From positions 1 through 61,844 of the forward strand of contig CAZLPW010000007.1 of the NCBI GenBank assembly GCA_964561495.1: a stretch of 61,844 nucleotides of DNA. The letters are read 5' to 3'. Position numbers and translations under genes: made by a program. This document shows positions 27,793-38,624 of the stretch, piece by piece (positions within the stretch are counted from its first letter, which is position 1; each line of letters begins with the position of its first letter). The stretch comes from an uncultured bacterium (GTDB lineage Bacteria > Fidelibacterota > Marinisomatia > Marinisomatales > UBA1611). The notes below the pieces were generated by a model, which made no database searches, was not told the origin of the DNA, and saw nothing but the letters and a program-made list of their open reading frames with translations.

Positions 27793-30609
27793 TTATCGAT
27801 ATGTGCGACTGACTTTCCAGATATTAACATCCTCAAAAGAACTTTTTAATTTATTTTTATTTTTATGTTCTTTAGCAAAAACAAGGGTGTTTACCATTTT
27901 TCGTTTTTCTTTGCCTATTGTTTTTTCCATAAGATCTATAACATTTTGTTTGTTTGTTTGTTTTAATGCGGCTACTGTTTTTTTATCACGATCAAAATCA
28001 GCATCGAATTCAAAAACCAGATTTTTCAACTTGTTTCCTCTTTCGGCTATACTTTTTGGGGATTTTTCAAGTTCTTCAATAGAAGATTCTATTATCTGAT
28101 TAAATGTGGTTGAATCCATGTTTTTTATATATTCTGGCAAACTTGAGATAAATTTATCAGCACGGTAGTTTAACTCATCAGCTGGATAAGCCCCCGACTG
28201 AATAGCAAACGATAAATAATAGAGGTCATCACGATTAAAAACATAAGACCAAACTATATAACCAAGCTGTTGATTTGTACGCATTTCAGTATAAAAAGGT
28301 TGTTGAATTGCTTTACCAATAATTTTTGCCTTAGCTCTTAGCTCTGGGGTATCTAAACCAATTTGGTATTCTCTCCAAAAACAAGAATTGTTCACTTTTA
28401 AAAAATCAACATACTGAATTATCTCGGGATTTTCTTGGTTTAAATATTTGAGCTCAAAAGCATCAGAACGGCTTATTCCCTTGTACCCAGTTTTTTCTTT
28501 AAAAAGCCTTAGGGTTTTTCTTGCGTCTTTTTCTTCGAAATCGCCATATATAAAACCCTCGACAGAGATTTCACTAAAAATCTGTTCCCCGTAATTCTTA
28601 ATTTTTTTCATTGTTGCTGCTTCTGCTATTGGTACCAAATCGTTCCAATTAAACTTGACATTGTGATATATTTCTGCGTTTTTTTCTCTGGCCTGTTGAT
28701 AGGCATCTGACAAAGGAATATTTTCATACCCTCTTATTATTTTATCTTTTATTGCCAAAAACTTTTCGTCTGATATATCTATTTTTTTCATATTATTAAG
28801 CATAATGGTATAGAGTTTTATAGCTGATTCTGTATAGCCACTTACCGTTAAATAAATACCCTCATATCCATCAAACAATGAATATGAAAGCCCCGCTAGC
28901 TTTGCTGGAAAACCAATCTCATTCATTGACTCGCGAACACATTCTATATATATCTTAAGAAGAGCGCGGTGTTCTGTGTTTATTTTGTTTTTTGGAAATA
29001 GTATTTTATAGCTTATAACCCCCTTTGGTCGAAGAAACTCATGGTCTTTTCCAAAATATATTTTTGTGTTTTTGTTATTAATCAAAAGACGGGGTTTGTT
29101 GTTTTCTTTTATTTCACGATTAGGTATTCTAACTTTTTTGGGAATAAAATCATTAGGCTTTGGAAGCTTAAAACTATAGCTAGCTTCATTTTTTAATAAC
29201 GCTGAATAAAGATTATCATTTTCAAAATATGAATATTTAGCCTTATAATAATATTCTTCATTCTCTGTCTCTAGACCCTTTGCACTTAATAAAACAAGCA
29301 TGTTTTCGAGTTTAAAATAGGAAAGTAAAGAATCAAAGTTTTCTGGGTTTGGTTCTCCATATACATAGCTAATTCTTCCAGCATCTTTAAAATTATACAT
29401 GTTTAGTTCGTTAGCGATATTCTCTGCTCTTCTAGCACCTTCTCCTTTGTTTGAATATACTTCTTCTAGAGTTGCCATTGTTTTTAATTCGGCAAACACA
29501 TGTTTTTGAAAACCAGCTTTTTTCATTAGCTCAATATAGGAATGAGTAACCTCTATAATTTTTTGATATTCTTCTAATCCTTTTTTTGTTAATTCAATTC
29601 TTATTTGAGCATAATCATATTCTTTTGTTTCTGATCTTATGCTAGCATAAATACTGGTTGCCCACCCTTTGTTTTTTAAATAGGAAAGAAGACTTCCTTC
29701 TCCTTGGTGACCAAGTATAAAGCCTAATTGCCTGGATGGTTTTTGTAAATATTGAAGCCTAACACCTGGAACAAAATAACTTAAGGTCATTCTTCTAATA
29801 TCTTTCACTGGTTCTATTTGAACAATTCGTATTGTTTTTTTCCTTTCAAAAACCTTTGAATCATACTTGTTTTCATTCAAATTTTTATTTTCAATATCAA
29901 TAAAATATTTTTTTGCCCAAGTCTCCATTTGATCTAAACTGTGTTTACTCAATAAAGATAGAGCCATTCTGTTTGAACTGTAATGTTTTTTATAAAACTC
30001 AATTAACTCTTCTCTTTTTATATCACCAAGAGTTTCAAGGTTTCCAACATTAAAATTTCTAGCTGGGTGTTTATCTTTTACAAAAAGGTTTGACACCTGG
30101 AAAGATCTCCAAAAATCGTTCATTAAATAATTTTTATGCTCTGAATCAACAGCATTAACCTCTCTCTGTGTATATTCTTCCGTAAAAAGTGGTTCTATAA
30201 AAAACTGTGAAAATCGATCTATTGCTCCTTCAAAACCATCTGGCAAAACTTGAAAATGATAATTTGTGTGGTCTCTTGCTGTATAAGCATTAGAAGACCC
30301 TCCGTTTGTTTTTAGATATTTTCCATACTCATCTACATTTGGATATTTTTTCGTTCCAAGAAAAAGCATGTGCTCCAAAAAATGAGCTAGCCCCTGCCTA
30401 TCACCTGGGTCTTCTAAAGAACCAACCATAACACTCATAGAAGCTGATGACATATTAAAATCTGGATCAGATAATAGATATACTTTTAATCCGTTTTCTA
30501 AGATTATTTTTCTTTCTTTAGATTTGTCTAATGGGTGTTTTTTCATTATTTCGCTATCGGAACATCCAATAAAAAAAAATATTAAAAAACATAAAGTCTG
30601 CCCTCTCAC
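27793..30609 (-). CDS. M16A insulinase/pitrilysin-like metallopeptidase, probable lipoprotein
   Basis: GLAHFLEHMLFLGT (HxxEH), NAYT and MRTNQQLGYIV motifs; lipobox-like FIGC. Confidence 0.92.
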   Translation of the reverse strand: MRGQTLCFLIFFFIGCSDSEIMKKHPLDKSKERKIILENGLKVYLLSDPDFNMSSASMSVMVGSLEDPGDRQGLAHFLEHMLFLGTKKYPNVDEYGKYLKTNGGSSNAYTARDHTNYHFQVLPDGFEGAIDRFSQFFIEPLFTEEYTQREVNAVDSEHKNYLMNDFWRSFQVSNLFVKDKHPARNFNVGNLETLGDIKREELIEFYKKHYSSNRMALSLLSKHSLDQMETWAKKYFIDIENKNLNENKYDSKVFERKKTIRIVQIEPVKDIRRMTLSYFVPGVRLQYLQKPSRQLGFILGHQGEGSLLSYLKNKGWATSIYASIRSETKEYDYAQIRIELTKKGLEEYQKIIEVTHSYIELMKKAGFQKHVFAELKTMATLEEVYSNKGEGARRAENIANELNMYNFKDAGRISYVYGEPNPENFDSLLSYFKLENMLVLLSAKGLETENEEYYYKAKYSYFENDNLYSALLKNEASYSFKLPKPNDFIPKKVRIPNREIKENNKPRLLINNKNTKIYFGKDHEFLRPKGVISYKILFPKNKINTEHRALLKIYIECVRESMNEIGFPAKLAGLSYSLFDGYEGIYLTVSGYTESAIKLYTIMLNNMKKIDISDEKFLAIKDKIIRGYENIPLSDAYQQAREKNAEIYHNVKFNWNDLVPIAEAATMKKIKNYGEQIFSEISVEGFIYGDFEEKDARKTLRLFKEKTGYKGISRSDAFELKYLNQENPEIIQYVDFLKVNNSCFWREYQIGLDTPELRAKAKIIGKAIQQPFYTEMRTNQQLGYIVWSYVFNRDDLYYLSFAIQSGAYPADELNYRADKFISSLPEYIKNMDSTTFNQIIESSIEELEKSPKSIAERGNKLKNLVFEFDADFDRDKKTVAALKQTNKQNVIDLMEKTIGKEKRKMVNTLVFAKEHKNKNKLKSSFEDVNIWKVSRTYR

Positions 30610-30638
30610 GATTGCTCCTTTTTTTATAGGTTAATTTA

Positions 30639-33197
30639 TTATGTATCTAGAGCCTCTGTAATTCGATAGTGTAAAAACTCTCTGTGTGCTTTTGTTGCAT
30701 CATCTACGCCATATTTTTTATTTACGTGCTTTAATATTTTTTGGAGGTTTGCATAGGCCAAAGAAATTGTAAGGTTATTATACTTTTCACCTTTTTTATT
30801 TAAAACCATTTTTATTAGCCTTTCCGTATAATCTGTTTGCAGATTTTGGCGAATACTACTGACGCTAGTTCCTGCATCTATAGCAAAGCAAGCATCTGTA
30901 ATATCTTGAAATACATCAGACAGAGAATAGTTGTTTCCATATAATTGGCTATCTGATACTCTTTTTAAAACATTTACATGAAGTAGCTGATCTAAAACAT
31001 TCCTTTGTTGGTCTAATATCTGATCATGTATCTTGTGATCCTTCGTTCCGCTCCAGCCCCTTCTTTGCCATTGGAGATGATTATAAATATCATTCGGCAC
31101 AGAAAAAGCATTTGGAGAAAAAGCATATTTGTCTAACAGGGCCATCGCCCATTTTTGAGTTTCTTTCGGGATCGCCATAAACGGCAGTTCACTGTTCTCT
31201 TGTCCAACCATAGACCTGTCCATATACATCCCACCTACATAACGAGAGATTACCGTTAAGCAGCTTCTATACTCCCTGTTTAAAACATAGAACGCGTCAG
31301 TGAATGAATGATAAGACTCTCCAGGAAATTCATACCGCTTTCTCAAGCCTTTATACAAAGATCTAATTAGATCCATTCTTTCCTGAGCATAGCCAATAGG
31401 GTCATTGCTCATATCAAAAATCATTATTCTTGGGTCAACACCCTTTCCTGGTGACCTCATATCATCAGCATCGTTTCCATATTTTAACTCTTCTTTTGTT
31501 GATTCGGCTAAAAGCTGAGAGACTCGAGATGCTTCATCTACGGGGTTTTTTAAGGTTGATTCATACCCATATTTAATGGCCCAAATATCATATGGCCCTG
31601 GTGTTGTAGAATAATATTGTCCTGTCCAGTTATTGTGTTTTCCAATATTTACCATCTCGTAATCCATTACGGATGAGGTAAGCCCAACTGGCTCTGTCTT
31701 ATTTCTATCATAGATATTGTTTAAACTATGAAAATTACTAGAATAAAAGTTATGACTTAAACCAAGTGTATGCCCAACCTCATGAAGAACAAGATTAACC
31801 ATCGCCTCATATATGAGGCGGTGTTCTTCAAGCGAAGAAAACCGACCTGTGCTTTTTAAAACCTTTGATGCAAACAAATTTCCTTGGTGTTTTGCACTTC
31901 CAGAAGAACACATGTGTTTGTTTTCTTGAGCTTGGTTCCCAGTCGTTATTGGCTCATAAAGACGCTCGTATTTTACTCTATTAGTAAAATGAACAAACTC
32001 TAGCATAATGTCCGCACCTAATATTTGGCCAGTTCTAGGGTTTACAAAGCTTGGACCATACCCACCAAAAGGTGGGTTTGGTGAGGAGGTCCACCGTAAA
32101 ACATTATACCGGATATCACCCGCTTCCCATTCTGCATCGTCTGGTTGTGTTTTCACTTCTAAAGCATTATTAAATCCTGCTTTTTCGAAAGCTTTATTCC
32201 AAGCCAACACCCCATCTCGGATAGCATCTCGGAATTCAACTGGTGTAGTGTTTTCAATCCACCAGGTGATTGGTTTAACAGGAACAGAAACAAATTGCTC
32301 TGGATGTTTTTTCTCGAGGTTCCAACGATGTATCAGGTCCTTATAAGGTGTTACATCATCAGCCGTTGTCATATCTGTAATCTCAGTAACAAAATAACCA
32401 ACCCTTGGATCTTCATATCGAGGTTTATATTCATTTTTCGGGACTTCAATAAAACTGTGTTGAAGAGTAACATTAACTGATCTTGCATCGGTCAACCCCT
32501 CATCTGACCCCCAGTTTGTTGGCCTTGGGTTGCTATAAACATATTGTACAGAAATATCTGTGTTTTCAGGGTAATTTTTCAGATTAGAATATTTTGATCT
32601 GTTTTTAACAAGTCGACCAAGCCTAAAGGGGTTTTTGTTTTTTGCCATTGGATTTGTTGCTCGAGATATCTGGTGTAACGCTTCTGTTAAAAAAACATTA
32701 TCTGCAGATATCATTACCAAACTATCAGACTCTGCAGTAATAAACTCAGACGCTAACACAGCCGTGCTTATGTTTGCATCGGCGGCTCGGCTTAGAGGGC
32801 TATTTGGATCAAAATAAAAAGAGTTGTTTTGTATCTCAAACTCGATCCGATTAAAATAGCGATTAAATTTTATTATTCTTGATCCTCTATAGTTACCGCG
32901 AAAAACCCCCGCATTGAGCTGCCCCTCTTTTGCGTGTACAAAATAAATAAACTCTGCTCCGATTTGAGATTTGTTGATTACCATAGAAAGGGCACCAGAA
33001 ACAGAGTCTTGATAGAGTGATATTAGCCCTGGAATATGAACCTTCCCTTTAATGGCATCCTCCATTTTTTTTATTTTTGGAGCTGCTGTAAGAATGTTTT
33101 TTAATTTTTTCTCCGTTTCTTTTGATGCTGGGATTGAATTATTTGTTTCTTGCGCAAAAACAAAAAAAACAATGAATAAAGGTATTATTTTCCTCAT
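30639..33197 (-). CDS. Secreted zinc-dependent metalloprotease (EcxA-like, DUF5117/DUF4953 type)
   Basis: Signal peptide; PRYEDPRVGYF, WNKAFE, NPRTGQIL, HEVGHTLGLSHNF, SSVMDY and GPYD motifs. Confidence 0.85.
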   Translation of the reverse strand: MRKIIPLFIVFFVFAQETNNSIPASKETEKKLKNILTAAPKIKKMEDAIKGKVHIPGLISLYQDSVSGALSMVINKSQIGAEFIYFVHAKEGQLNAGVFRGNYRGSRIIKFNRYFNRIEFEIQNNSFYFDPNSPLSRAADANISTAVLASEFITAESDSLVMISADNVFLTEALHQISRATNPMAKNKNPFRLGRLVKNRSKYSNLKNYPENTDISVQYVYSNPRPTNWGSDEGLTDARSVNVTLQHSFIEVPKNEYKPRYEDPRVGYFVTEITDMTTADDVTPYKDLIHRWNLEKKHPEQFVSVPVKPITWWIENTTPVEFRDAIRDGVLAWNKAFEKAGFNNALEVKTQPDDAEWEAGDIRYNVLRWTSSPNPPFGGYGPSFVNPRTGQILGADIMLEFVHFTNRVKYERLYEPITTGNQAQENKHMCSSGSAKHQGNLFASKVLKSTGRFSSLEEHRLIYEAMVNLVLHEVGHTLGLSHNFYSSNFHSLNNIYDRNKTEPVGLTSSVMDYEMVNIGKHNNWTGQYYSTTPGPYDIWAIKYGYESTLKNPVDEASRVSQLLAESTKEELKYGNDADDMRSPGKGVDPRIMIFDMSNDPIGYAQERMDLIRSLYKGLRKRYEFPGESYHSFTDAFYVLNREYRSCLTVISRYVGGMYMDRSMVGQENSELPFMAIPKETQKWAMALLDKYAFSPNAFSVPNDIYNHLQWQRRGWSGTKDHKIHDQILDQQRNVLDQLLHVNVLKRVSDSQLYGNNYSLSDVFQDITDACFAIDAGTSVSSIRQNLQTDYTERLIKMVLNKKGEKYNNLTISLAYANLQKILKHVNKKYGVDDATKAHREFLHYRITEALDT

Positions 33198-33208
33198 TAA
33201 AGACTCCT

Positions 33209-34624
33209 TTACTTTTTAGGAAGGTACAAATCTGTCACAGTACCTTCAAATACTTCTGCTGCCCCAGAGACTGTTTCGCTTGTTGTTGGGTGTGGATGAA
33301 TTGTTAGTCCAATATCTTCAGCATCTGCTCCTAGCTCAATGCCAAGTGTTATCTCTGTAATTAAATCCCCTGCGCCAGTACCAACAATTCCTCCTCCAAT
33401 AATTCTTTTTGTGTTTTTATGAAACAATAATTTTGTTTTCCCTTGGATAGATTCAATTGAAATGGCGCGCCCGCTTGCAGCCCAAGGGAATTCTGCTTTA
33501 TCATATTCTATTCCTTCTTTTTTTGCTATATCTTCAGTTACCCCCACCCAAGCAACTTCTGGGTCGGTATATATAACACTTGGAATTATTCTTTTGTCAA
33601 AAGCAGATGAAAGACCACAAACAACCTCAGCCGCAACTTTGCCTTCGTGGGTTGCCTTATGAGCCAGCATTGGATCACCAACTATATCTCCAACAGCAAA
33701 AATGTTTTCTATGTTCGTGCGCTGTTGTTCATCAACACTTATAAAACCCTCTTTGTTTGTTTTTATATCTGTATTCTGTATTTTTATTGTTTCTAGATTT
33801 GGTTTTCTCCCAACTGCTAAAAGAATAGATTGGTATGGTTTTTTTTGTTTGGTTGACTCACTTTCTAAAACAACAAGGACTTTATCATCAAAAGAGGTGT
33901 CAACCTCTACAACCTTTGTACTGGTCATGATCGATCTAAATTGCTTTTTTAAATCACGCTCAAGTGGTTTTATTAAATCGCGATCAGCTCCACTTGCTAG
34001 ATATGGTAAAAACTCCACCAGGTCTACTTTAGATCCAAAAGATGAATAAACCTGGCCCAGCTCCAAACCAATTATACCACCACCAACAATTAACATAGAT
34101 TCGGGTATCTCTTTTAAGTCTAATGCTGTTTTTGATGTGAGTATTCTTGGGTGATCATCTTTTAAAAAAGGAAGACTTGCTGATGATGAACCGGCTGAAA
34201 TAATACAACTATCAAAAGTCACCAGCATTGAGTTACTATCCATTTCAATCTTTATTTCATTGTTTGATTGAAAGCTGGCCCTTCCTTGAATTGTTTTTAC
34301 TCCCCTTGCTTGTGCCATCTGCCCAATTCCAACGTTTAGCTTTTTCACTATTTTGTTTTTGTGATCACGAACCTTTTTTAAATTGACAACAGGTTCACCA
34401 AAAAAGACCCCAGCCTTTTGCATTTTCTGAGCTTCTTGAATTATTTTAGAAATGTGGAGCAATGATTTTGAAGGAATACAACCGCGATTAAGACAAACAC
34501 CTCCAAGGTTTGCATCTCTATCAACCAACAACACCTTTTTCCCCAAATCCGAAGCTCTAAATGCAGCAGAATAACCACCTGGGCCAGAACCAATAACAAC
34601 AACTTGAAAGTGTTTTTTGTCCAA
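33209..34624 (-). CDS. lpdA: Dihydrolipoamide dehydrogenase (E3)
   Basis: GSGPGGY, GGVCLNRGCIPSK and HPHPT motifs. Confidence 0.96.
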   Translation of the reverse strand: MDKKHFQVVVIGSGPGGYSAAFRASDLGKKVLLVDRDANLGGVCLNRGCIPSKSLLHISKIIQEAQKMQKAGVFFGEPVVNLKKVRDHKNKIVKKLNVGIGQMAQARGVKTIQGRASFQSNNEIKIEMDSNSMLVTFDSCIISAGSSSASLPFLKDDHPRILTSKTALDLKEIPESMLIVGGGIIGLELGQVYSSFGSKVDLVEFLPYLASGADRDLIKPLERDLKKQFRSIMTSTKVVEVDTSFDDKVLVVLESESTKQKKPYQSILLAVGRKPNLETIKIQNTDIKTNKEGFISVDEQQRTNIENIFAVGDIVGDPMLAHKATHEGKVAAEVVCGLSSAFDKRIIPSVIYTDPEVAWVGVTEDIAKKEGIEYDKAEFPWAASGRAISIESIQGKTKLLFHKNTKRIIGGGIVGTGAGDLITEITLGIELGADAEDIGLTIHPHPTTSETVSGAAEVFEGTVTDLYLPKK

Positions 34625-34625
34625 A

Positions 34626-35882
34626 TTAACTATCTCTTTCTTCTTTAAAATTGTTTACGCTTTCTAAAACTAAAGAAAGGTCTTTAACAAAACGTGCGCC
34701 GTCAGCACCATCAATTACCCGATGGTCATAAGACACAGAAAATGGTAACATAAAACGAGGTTTAAATTCTTTCCAGTTTTCATCATACACCTGTTCCCAT
34801 GTGCTTTTAGAAACGCCTAAGATTGCTACTTCGGGAGAGTTCACAATTGGGGTAAAATAAGAACCCCCTATTCCCCCTAAGCTAGATATTGTAAAAGTTC
34901 CCCCTTTTATTTCATTTGCTGATAGTTTTTTATCTCTAGCCCTGTTACTGATCGATTCTAACTCTTTAGATATTTCAATTAAACTCTTTTTGTTTGCGTC
35001 TTTAATTACGGGAACCACCAAGCCTTGTTCTGTATCAACTGCGACTCCTATATGATAATAGTTTTTAATTATTAGATTGTTTTCACTATGATCCAATGAA
35101 CTATTAAAATGGGGGTATTTTTCCAAAAGGAGAACAACTGCTTTAATTAAAAAAGGTAAAAAAGTTATTTTGATTTCTTTTTCTTTGTTTTTTTCTTTTA
35201 AGTTTTTTCGAAAATTATTTAGATCTGTTATATCTGCAGTACTAAACTGAGTTACCTGTGGTATTTCATTCCAAGCGGCCTGAAGCTTTTCTCCTGTTAT
35301 TTTTTGAATTTTTGTTAAAGGCTTTTCTTTTGTTGGACCCCAAATACTAAAATCTATTTTTTTCTTTGGTGTTTTTATTTTAGACTGCCCTGTTCCGTTT
35401 AATTTACTTTTTATATACAAATGAAGATCGTCTTTTGTTATTCTTCCTTTTTGTCCTGTGGGTGTTATGTTTTTTAGATCTATCTCAAGTTCCCGAGATA
35501 AGCGCCTAACACCTGGACTAGCAAAAACGCTATCTATCTGTTTTTTCTTCTTTTCTGTTTTAGTGTGGCTTGGTGCTTCTTTTTCAGGTTTTGTTTCCTT
35601 TTCTTTTCTGTTTTCAGGTCTTGTTTCTTGTGTTGGAACATCTTCTTTTAATTCAACCCTTATCAACAATTGTCCCACCCTTAACTCTTGCCCTTTTTTA
35701 ACAGTAATCTCTTTTACAACACCAGAAACATCTGATGGTATTTCCATAGATGCTTTATCTGATTCTAAAACAAGCATAGTTACCTCTTTTTCAATTACAT
35801 CTCCAATCGAAACAAGTATTTCACTCACTTCTGCAGACTCGATGCCTTCTCCTAGGTCTGGTAATAAAATATCATAAATCAT
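34626..35882 (-). CDS. aceF: Pyruvate dehydrogenase E2, single lipoyl domain
   Basis: ESDKASMEIP lipoyl site, ASPGVRRL E3-binding domain and SYDHRVIDGA motif. Confidence 0.93.
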   Translation of the reverse strand: MIYDILLPDLGEGIESAEVSEILVSIGDVIEKEVTMLVLESDKASMEIPSDVSGVVKEITVKKGQELRVGQLLIRVELKEDVPTQETRPENRKEKETKPEKEAPSHTKTEKKKKQIDSVFASPGVRRLSRELEIDLKNITPTGQKGRITKDDLHLYIKSKLNGTGQSKIKTPKKKIDFSIWGPTKEKPLTKIQKITGEKLQAAWNEIPQVTQFSTADITDLNNFRKNLKEKNKEKEIKITFLPFLIKAVVLLLEKYPHFNSSLDHSENNLIIKNYYHIGVAVDTEQGLVVPVIKDANKKSLIEISKELESISNRARDKKLSANEIKGGTFTISSLGGIGGSYFTPIVNSPEVAILGVSKSTWEQVYDENWKEFKPRFMLPFSVSYDHRVIDGADGARFVKDLSLVLESVNNFKEERDS

Positions 35883-35891
35883 AAAAAACCC

Positions 35892-38546
35892 TTAAACTGT
35901 TATTGGACTTGGCTTTTCTGGGTCAAGATTATATTTCTTCATAGCCTTGGACACCAAAGACAATTCAACCTCACCCTCATTAACCAAAGCTCTAAGAGCA
36001 GTTAAAACAATATAATATCTATCTATCTCAAAAAACCGTCTTAAGTTCTCCCTTGTTTCACTACGCCCAAAACCATCAGTCCCCAATGCATAATAGGGCC
36101 CTGGTACATAAGGGCCAATCTGTTCTGCTACCATTTTAATGTAATCAGAAACAGCAACCGTAGGAACTTTATGTTTGCTTAATGATTTTTCTAGATGAGA
36201 TGTTTTTTGTTTTTTTTCTGGGTTAATTAAATTCCATCGTTCTGCCTCTTCGGCCTCCCTCCTTAGCTCACTAAAGCTGGTAACGTTCCAAACCCCAGGT
36301 TCAACACCCCAGTCGTTTTGAAGTAGAGTAGCAGCCTCTAGCGCTTCTCTCATAAGAGGCCCGCTTCCAAGCAACCTAATCGTTGGTTTTTTAGAAGACT
36401 TTATTTTATATAAGCCTTTAATAATATCTTGATCTATGTTGTCTGGCATTGGTGGGTGTTTATAGTTTTCATTTTCTAGGGTTAAATAATAAATCACATC
36501 TTTTTCTTCTTCTACCATCTCCACCATACCCTTGTGAATAACAGTAGCGATTTCATAACCATACGAAAGATCATACGCTTTTATGTTTGGCGTTGCCGCA
36601 GCAGCAAGGTGACTATGCCCATCTTGGTGTTGCAACCCTTCTCCGTTCAAAGTTGTTCTTCCCGCTGTTCCACCCAAAAGAAAACCCCGAACTCTCATAT
36701 CCCCAGCGGCCCAAATAAAATCCCAAACTCGCTGGAAACCAAACATAGAATAATAAATATAAAAAGGAACCATGTGAAAGCCATATGTACTATAACTCAT
36801 TCCCGCGGATATAAAGGAAGAAATAGCCCCTGCTTCATTTATTCCTTCTTCTAATATCTGACCCTCTTTTGATTCTTTGTAATATAAAAACTGATCAGAA
36901 TCCACAGGGTCATAAAGTTGTCCTTGACTCGAGTAAATACCCAGCTGCCTAAACAACGGATCCATACCAAAGGTTCTGGCCTCATCTGGTATAATTGGAA
37001 CCACGTTTTTACCAATTTCTTTGTCTTTTGTCAAAAGGGTTAACAACCGAACAAAGGTCATTGTTGTAGAAACCTCTCTTTCTTTACTTCCATTTAACAG
37101 CTCTTTAAAAATATTTACCGATGGAACCTTTTGTTTTCTAGGGTTGTTTGATCTTTTTGGTATAAATCCGCCAAGCTTTTCTCTTTGTTTTCTTAGATAA
37201 TTAAACTCAAACGAGTCTTTTTTAAAATTAAAAAAAGGTGCTTTTTCTGCTTCTTTATCTGATAATGGAATCTGAAACCTATCTCGGAAGTAAAGAGTTT
37301 CTTTTTTAGAAAGTTTTTTTTGATTGTGGGTGATGTTTTTTCCTTCGCCTGCATCACCAAGTCCATAACCCTTTATTGTTCTAGCAAGAATAACCGTTGG
37401 TTTTCCCTTAAAATTAACAGCTTCATTATATGCAGAATAAATCTTTACAGGGTCATGACCTCCTGGTTTAAGTTTTTCAAGCTGTTCATCGCTAAGATGC
37501 TCTACCTGCTTAAGAAGATCTGAGTATTTACCAAAAAACTTTTCCCGAAAATACGCACCTCCCTCTACTACATATTTTAATAAATCACCATCAACTATTT
37601 CTTCCATTCTTTTATGAAGATATCCGCTTTCGTCGTTTTCCAACAGATCATCCCAATCAGAACCCCAAATTACTTTAATTACATTCCACCCTGCTCCTCT
37701 AAAAGCACCCTCTAGTTCTTGTATAACTTTTGCATTGCCCCTAACTGGCCCATCAAGTCTTTGAAGGTTGCAATTTACAACAAATATTAAATTGTCTAGT
37801 TTTTCTCTGCCTGCTAATGTTAAACCACCCAAGGATTCCGGCTCATCCATTTCTCCATCACCCAAAAAAGCCCATATTTTCCTACCCTTTTCTTCAACAA
37901 AACCCCGATCTGCCATATATCTCATAAACCTAGCCTGGTAAATCGAAACCATTGGACCAAGGCCCATTGATACAGTAGCAAACTGCCAAAAATCTGGCAT
38001 TAAATATGGGTGTGGATATGAACTAAGCCCTCCAGATGGCGCAAGTTCTCTTCTAAAGTTAAAAAGGTTTTCTTTGTTAATTCTTCCCTCCAAAAAAGCT
38101 CTTGAATAAATACCAGGAGAAGCATGCCCTTGAAAAAACACCAAGTCTGGGCCTGCACTATGGTCTTCTCCTTTAAAAAAATGGTTAAAAGCGACCTCAT
38201 ATAGGTTTGCAGCTGATGCATAGGTTGAAATATGTCCCCCAATTCCTGGTGTTTCCTTGTTTGCTTTTGAAACCATTGCCATTGCATTCCATCGTACAGT
38301 TGATTTTATTGTTCTCTCTGTTTTTCGGTCTCCTGGGTACTCAGGTTGTTCCGTAGGAAGGATTGTATTCATATAGGGTGTGTTCGTGTTAAAAGGGAGT
38401 CGTGCGCCGTGTGTTTGTGCGTGATCTATTAGTTTTTCTAATAAAAAACGTGTTCTTTCATACCCGTGTTCTTCTAACGCATCATCAATAGAGTCTATCC
38501 ACTCTTGTGTTTCTTGGGGGTCGGAATCAGTATATGATTTAGACAT
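35892..38546 (-). CDS. aceE: Pyruvate dehydrogenase E1, homodimeric type
   Basis: DSDPQETQEW, GGHIST, GDGEMDEPES, NLQRLDGPVRGN and GRTTLNGEGLQHQDG motifs. Confidence 0.97.
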   Translation of the reverse strand: MSKSYTDSDPQETQEWIDSIDDALEEHGYERTRFLLEKLIDHAQTHGARLPFNTNTPYMNTILPTEQPEYPGDRKTERTIKSTVRWNAMAMVSKANKETPGIGGHISTYASAANLYEVAFNHFFKGEDHSAGPDLVFFQGHASPGIYSRAFLEGRINKENLFNFRRELAPSGGLSSYPHPYLMPDFWQFATVSMGLGPMVSIYQARFMRYMADRGFVEEKGRKIWAFLGDGEMDEPESLGGLTLAGREKLDNLIFVVNCNLQRLDGPVRGNAKVIQELEGAFRGAGWNVIKVIWGSDWDDLLENDESGYLHKRMEEIVDGDLLKYVVEGGAYFREKFFGKYSDLLKQVEHLSDEQLEKLKPGGHDPVKIYSAYNEAVNFKGKPTVILARTIKGYGLGDAGEGKNITHNQKKLSKKETLYFRDRFQIPLSDKEAEKAPFFNFKKDSFEFNYLRKQREKLGGFIPKRSNNPRKQKVPSVNIFKELLNGSKEREVSTTMTFVRLLTLLTKDKEIGKNVVPIIPDEARTFGMDPLFRQLGIYSSQGQLYDPVDSDQFLYYKESKEGQILEEGINEAGAISSFISAGMSYSTYGFHMVPFYIYYSMFGFQRVWDFIWAAGDMRVRGFLLGGTAGRTTLNGEGLQHQDGHSHLAAAATPNIKAYDLSYGYEIATVIHKGMVEMVEEEKDVIYYLTLENENYKHPPMPDNIDQDIIKGLYKIKSSKKPTIRLLGSGPLMREALEAATLLQNDWGVEPGVWNVTSFSELRREAEEAERWNLINPEKKQKTSHLEKSLSKHKVPTVAVSDYIKMVAEQIGPYVPGPYYALGTDGFGRSETRENLRRFFEIDRYYIVLTALRALVNEGEVELSLVSKAMKKYNLDPEKPSPITV

Positions 38547-38624
38547 ATAAATAATTTTTTTTCAAAAGATTCTGATAGTGAACTTACAATGGTTAGCGCT
38601 TAAAAAAGAATGAACTATATCAAG

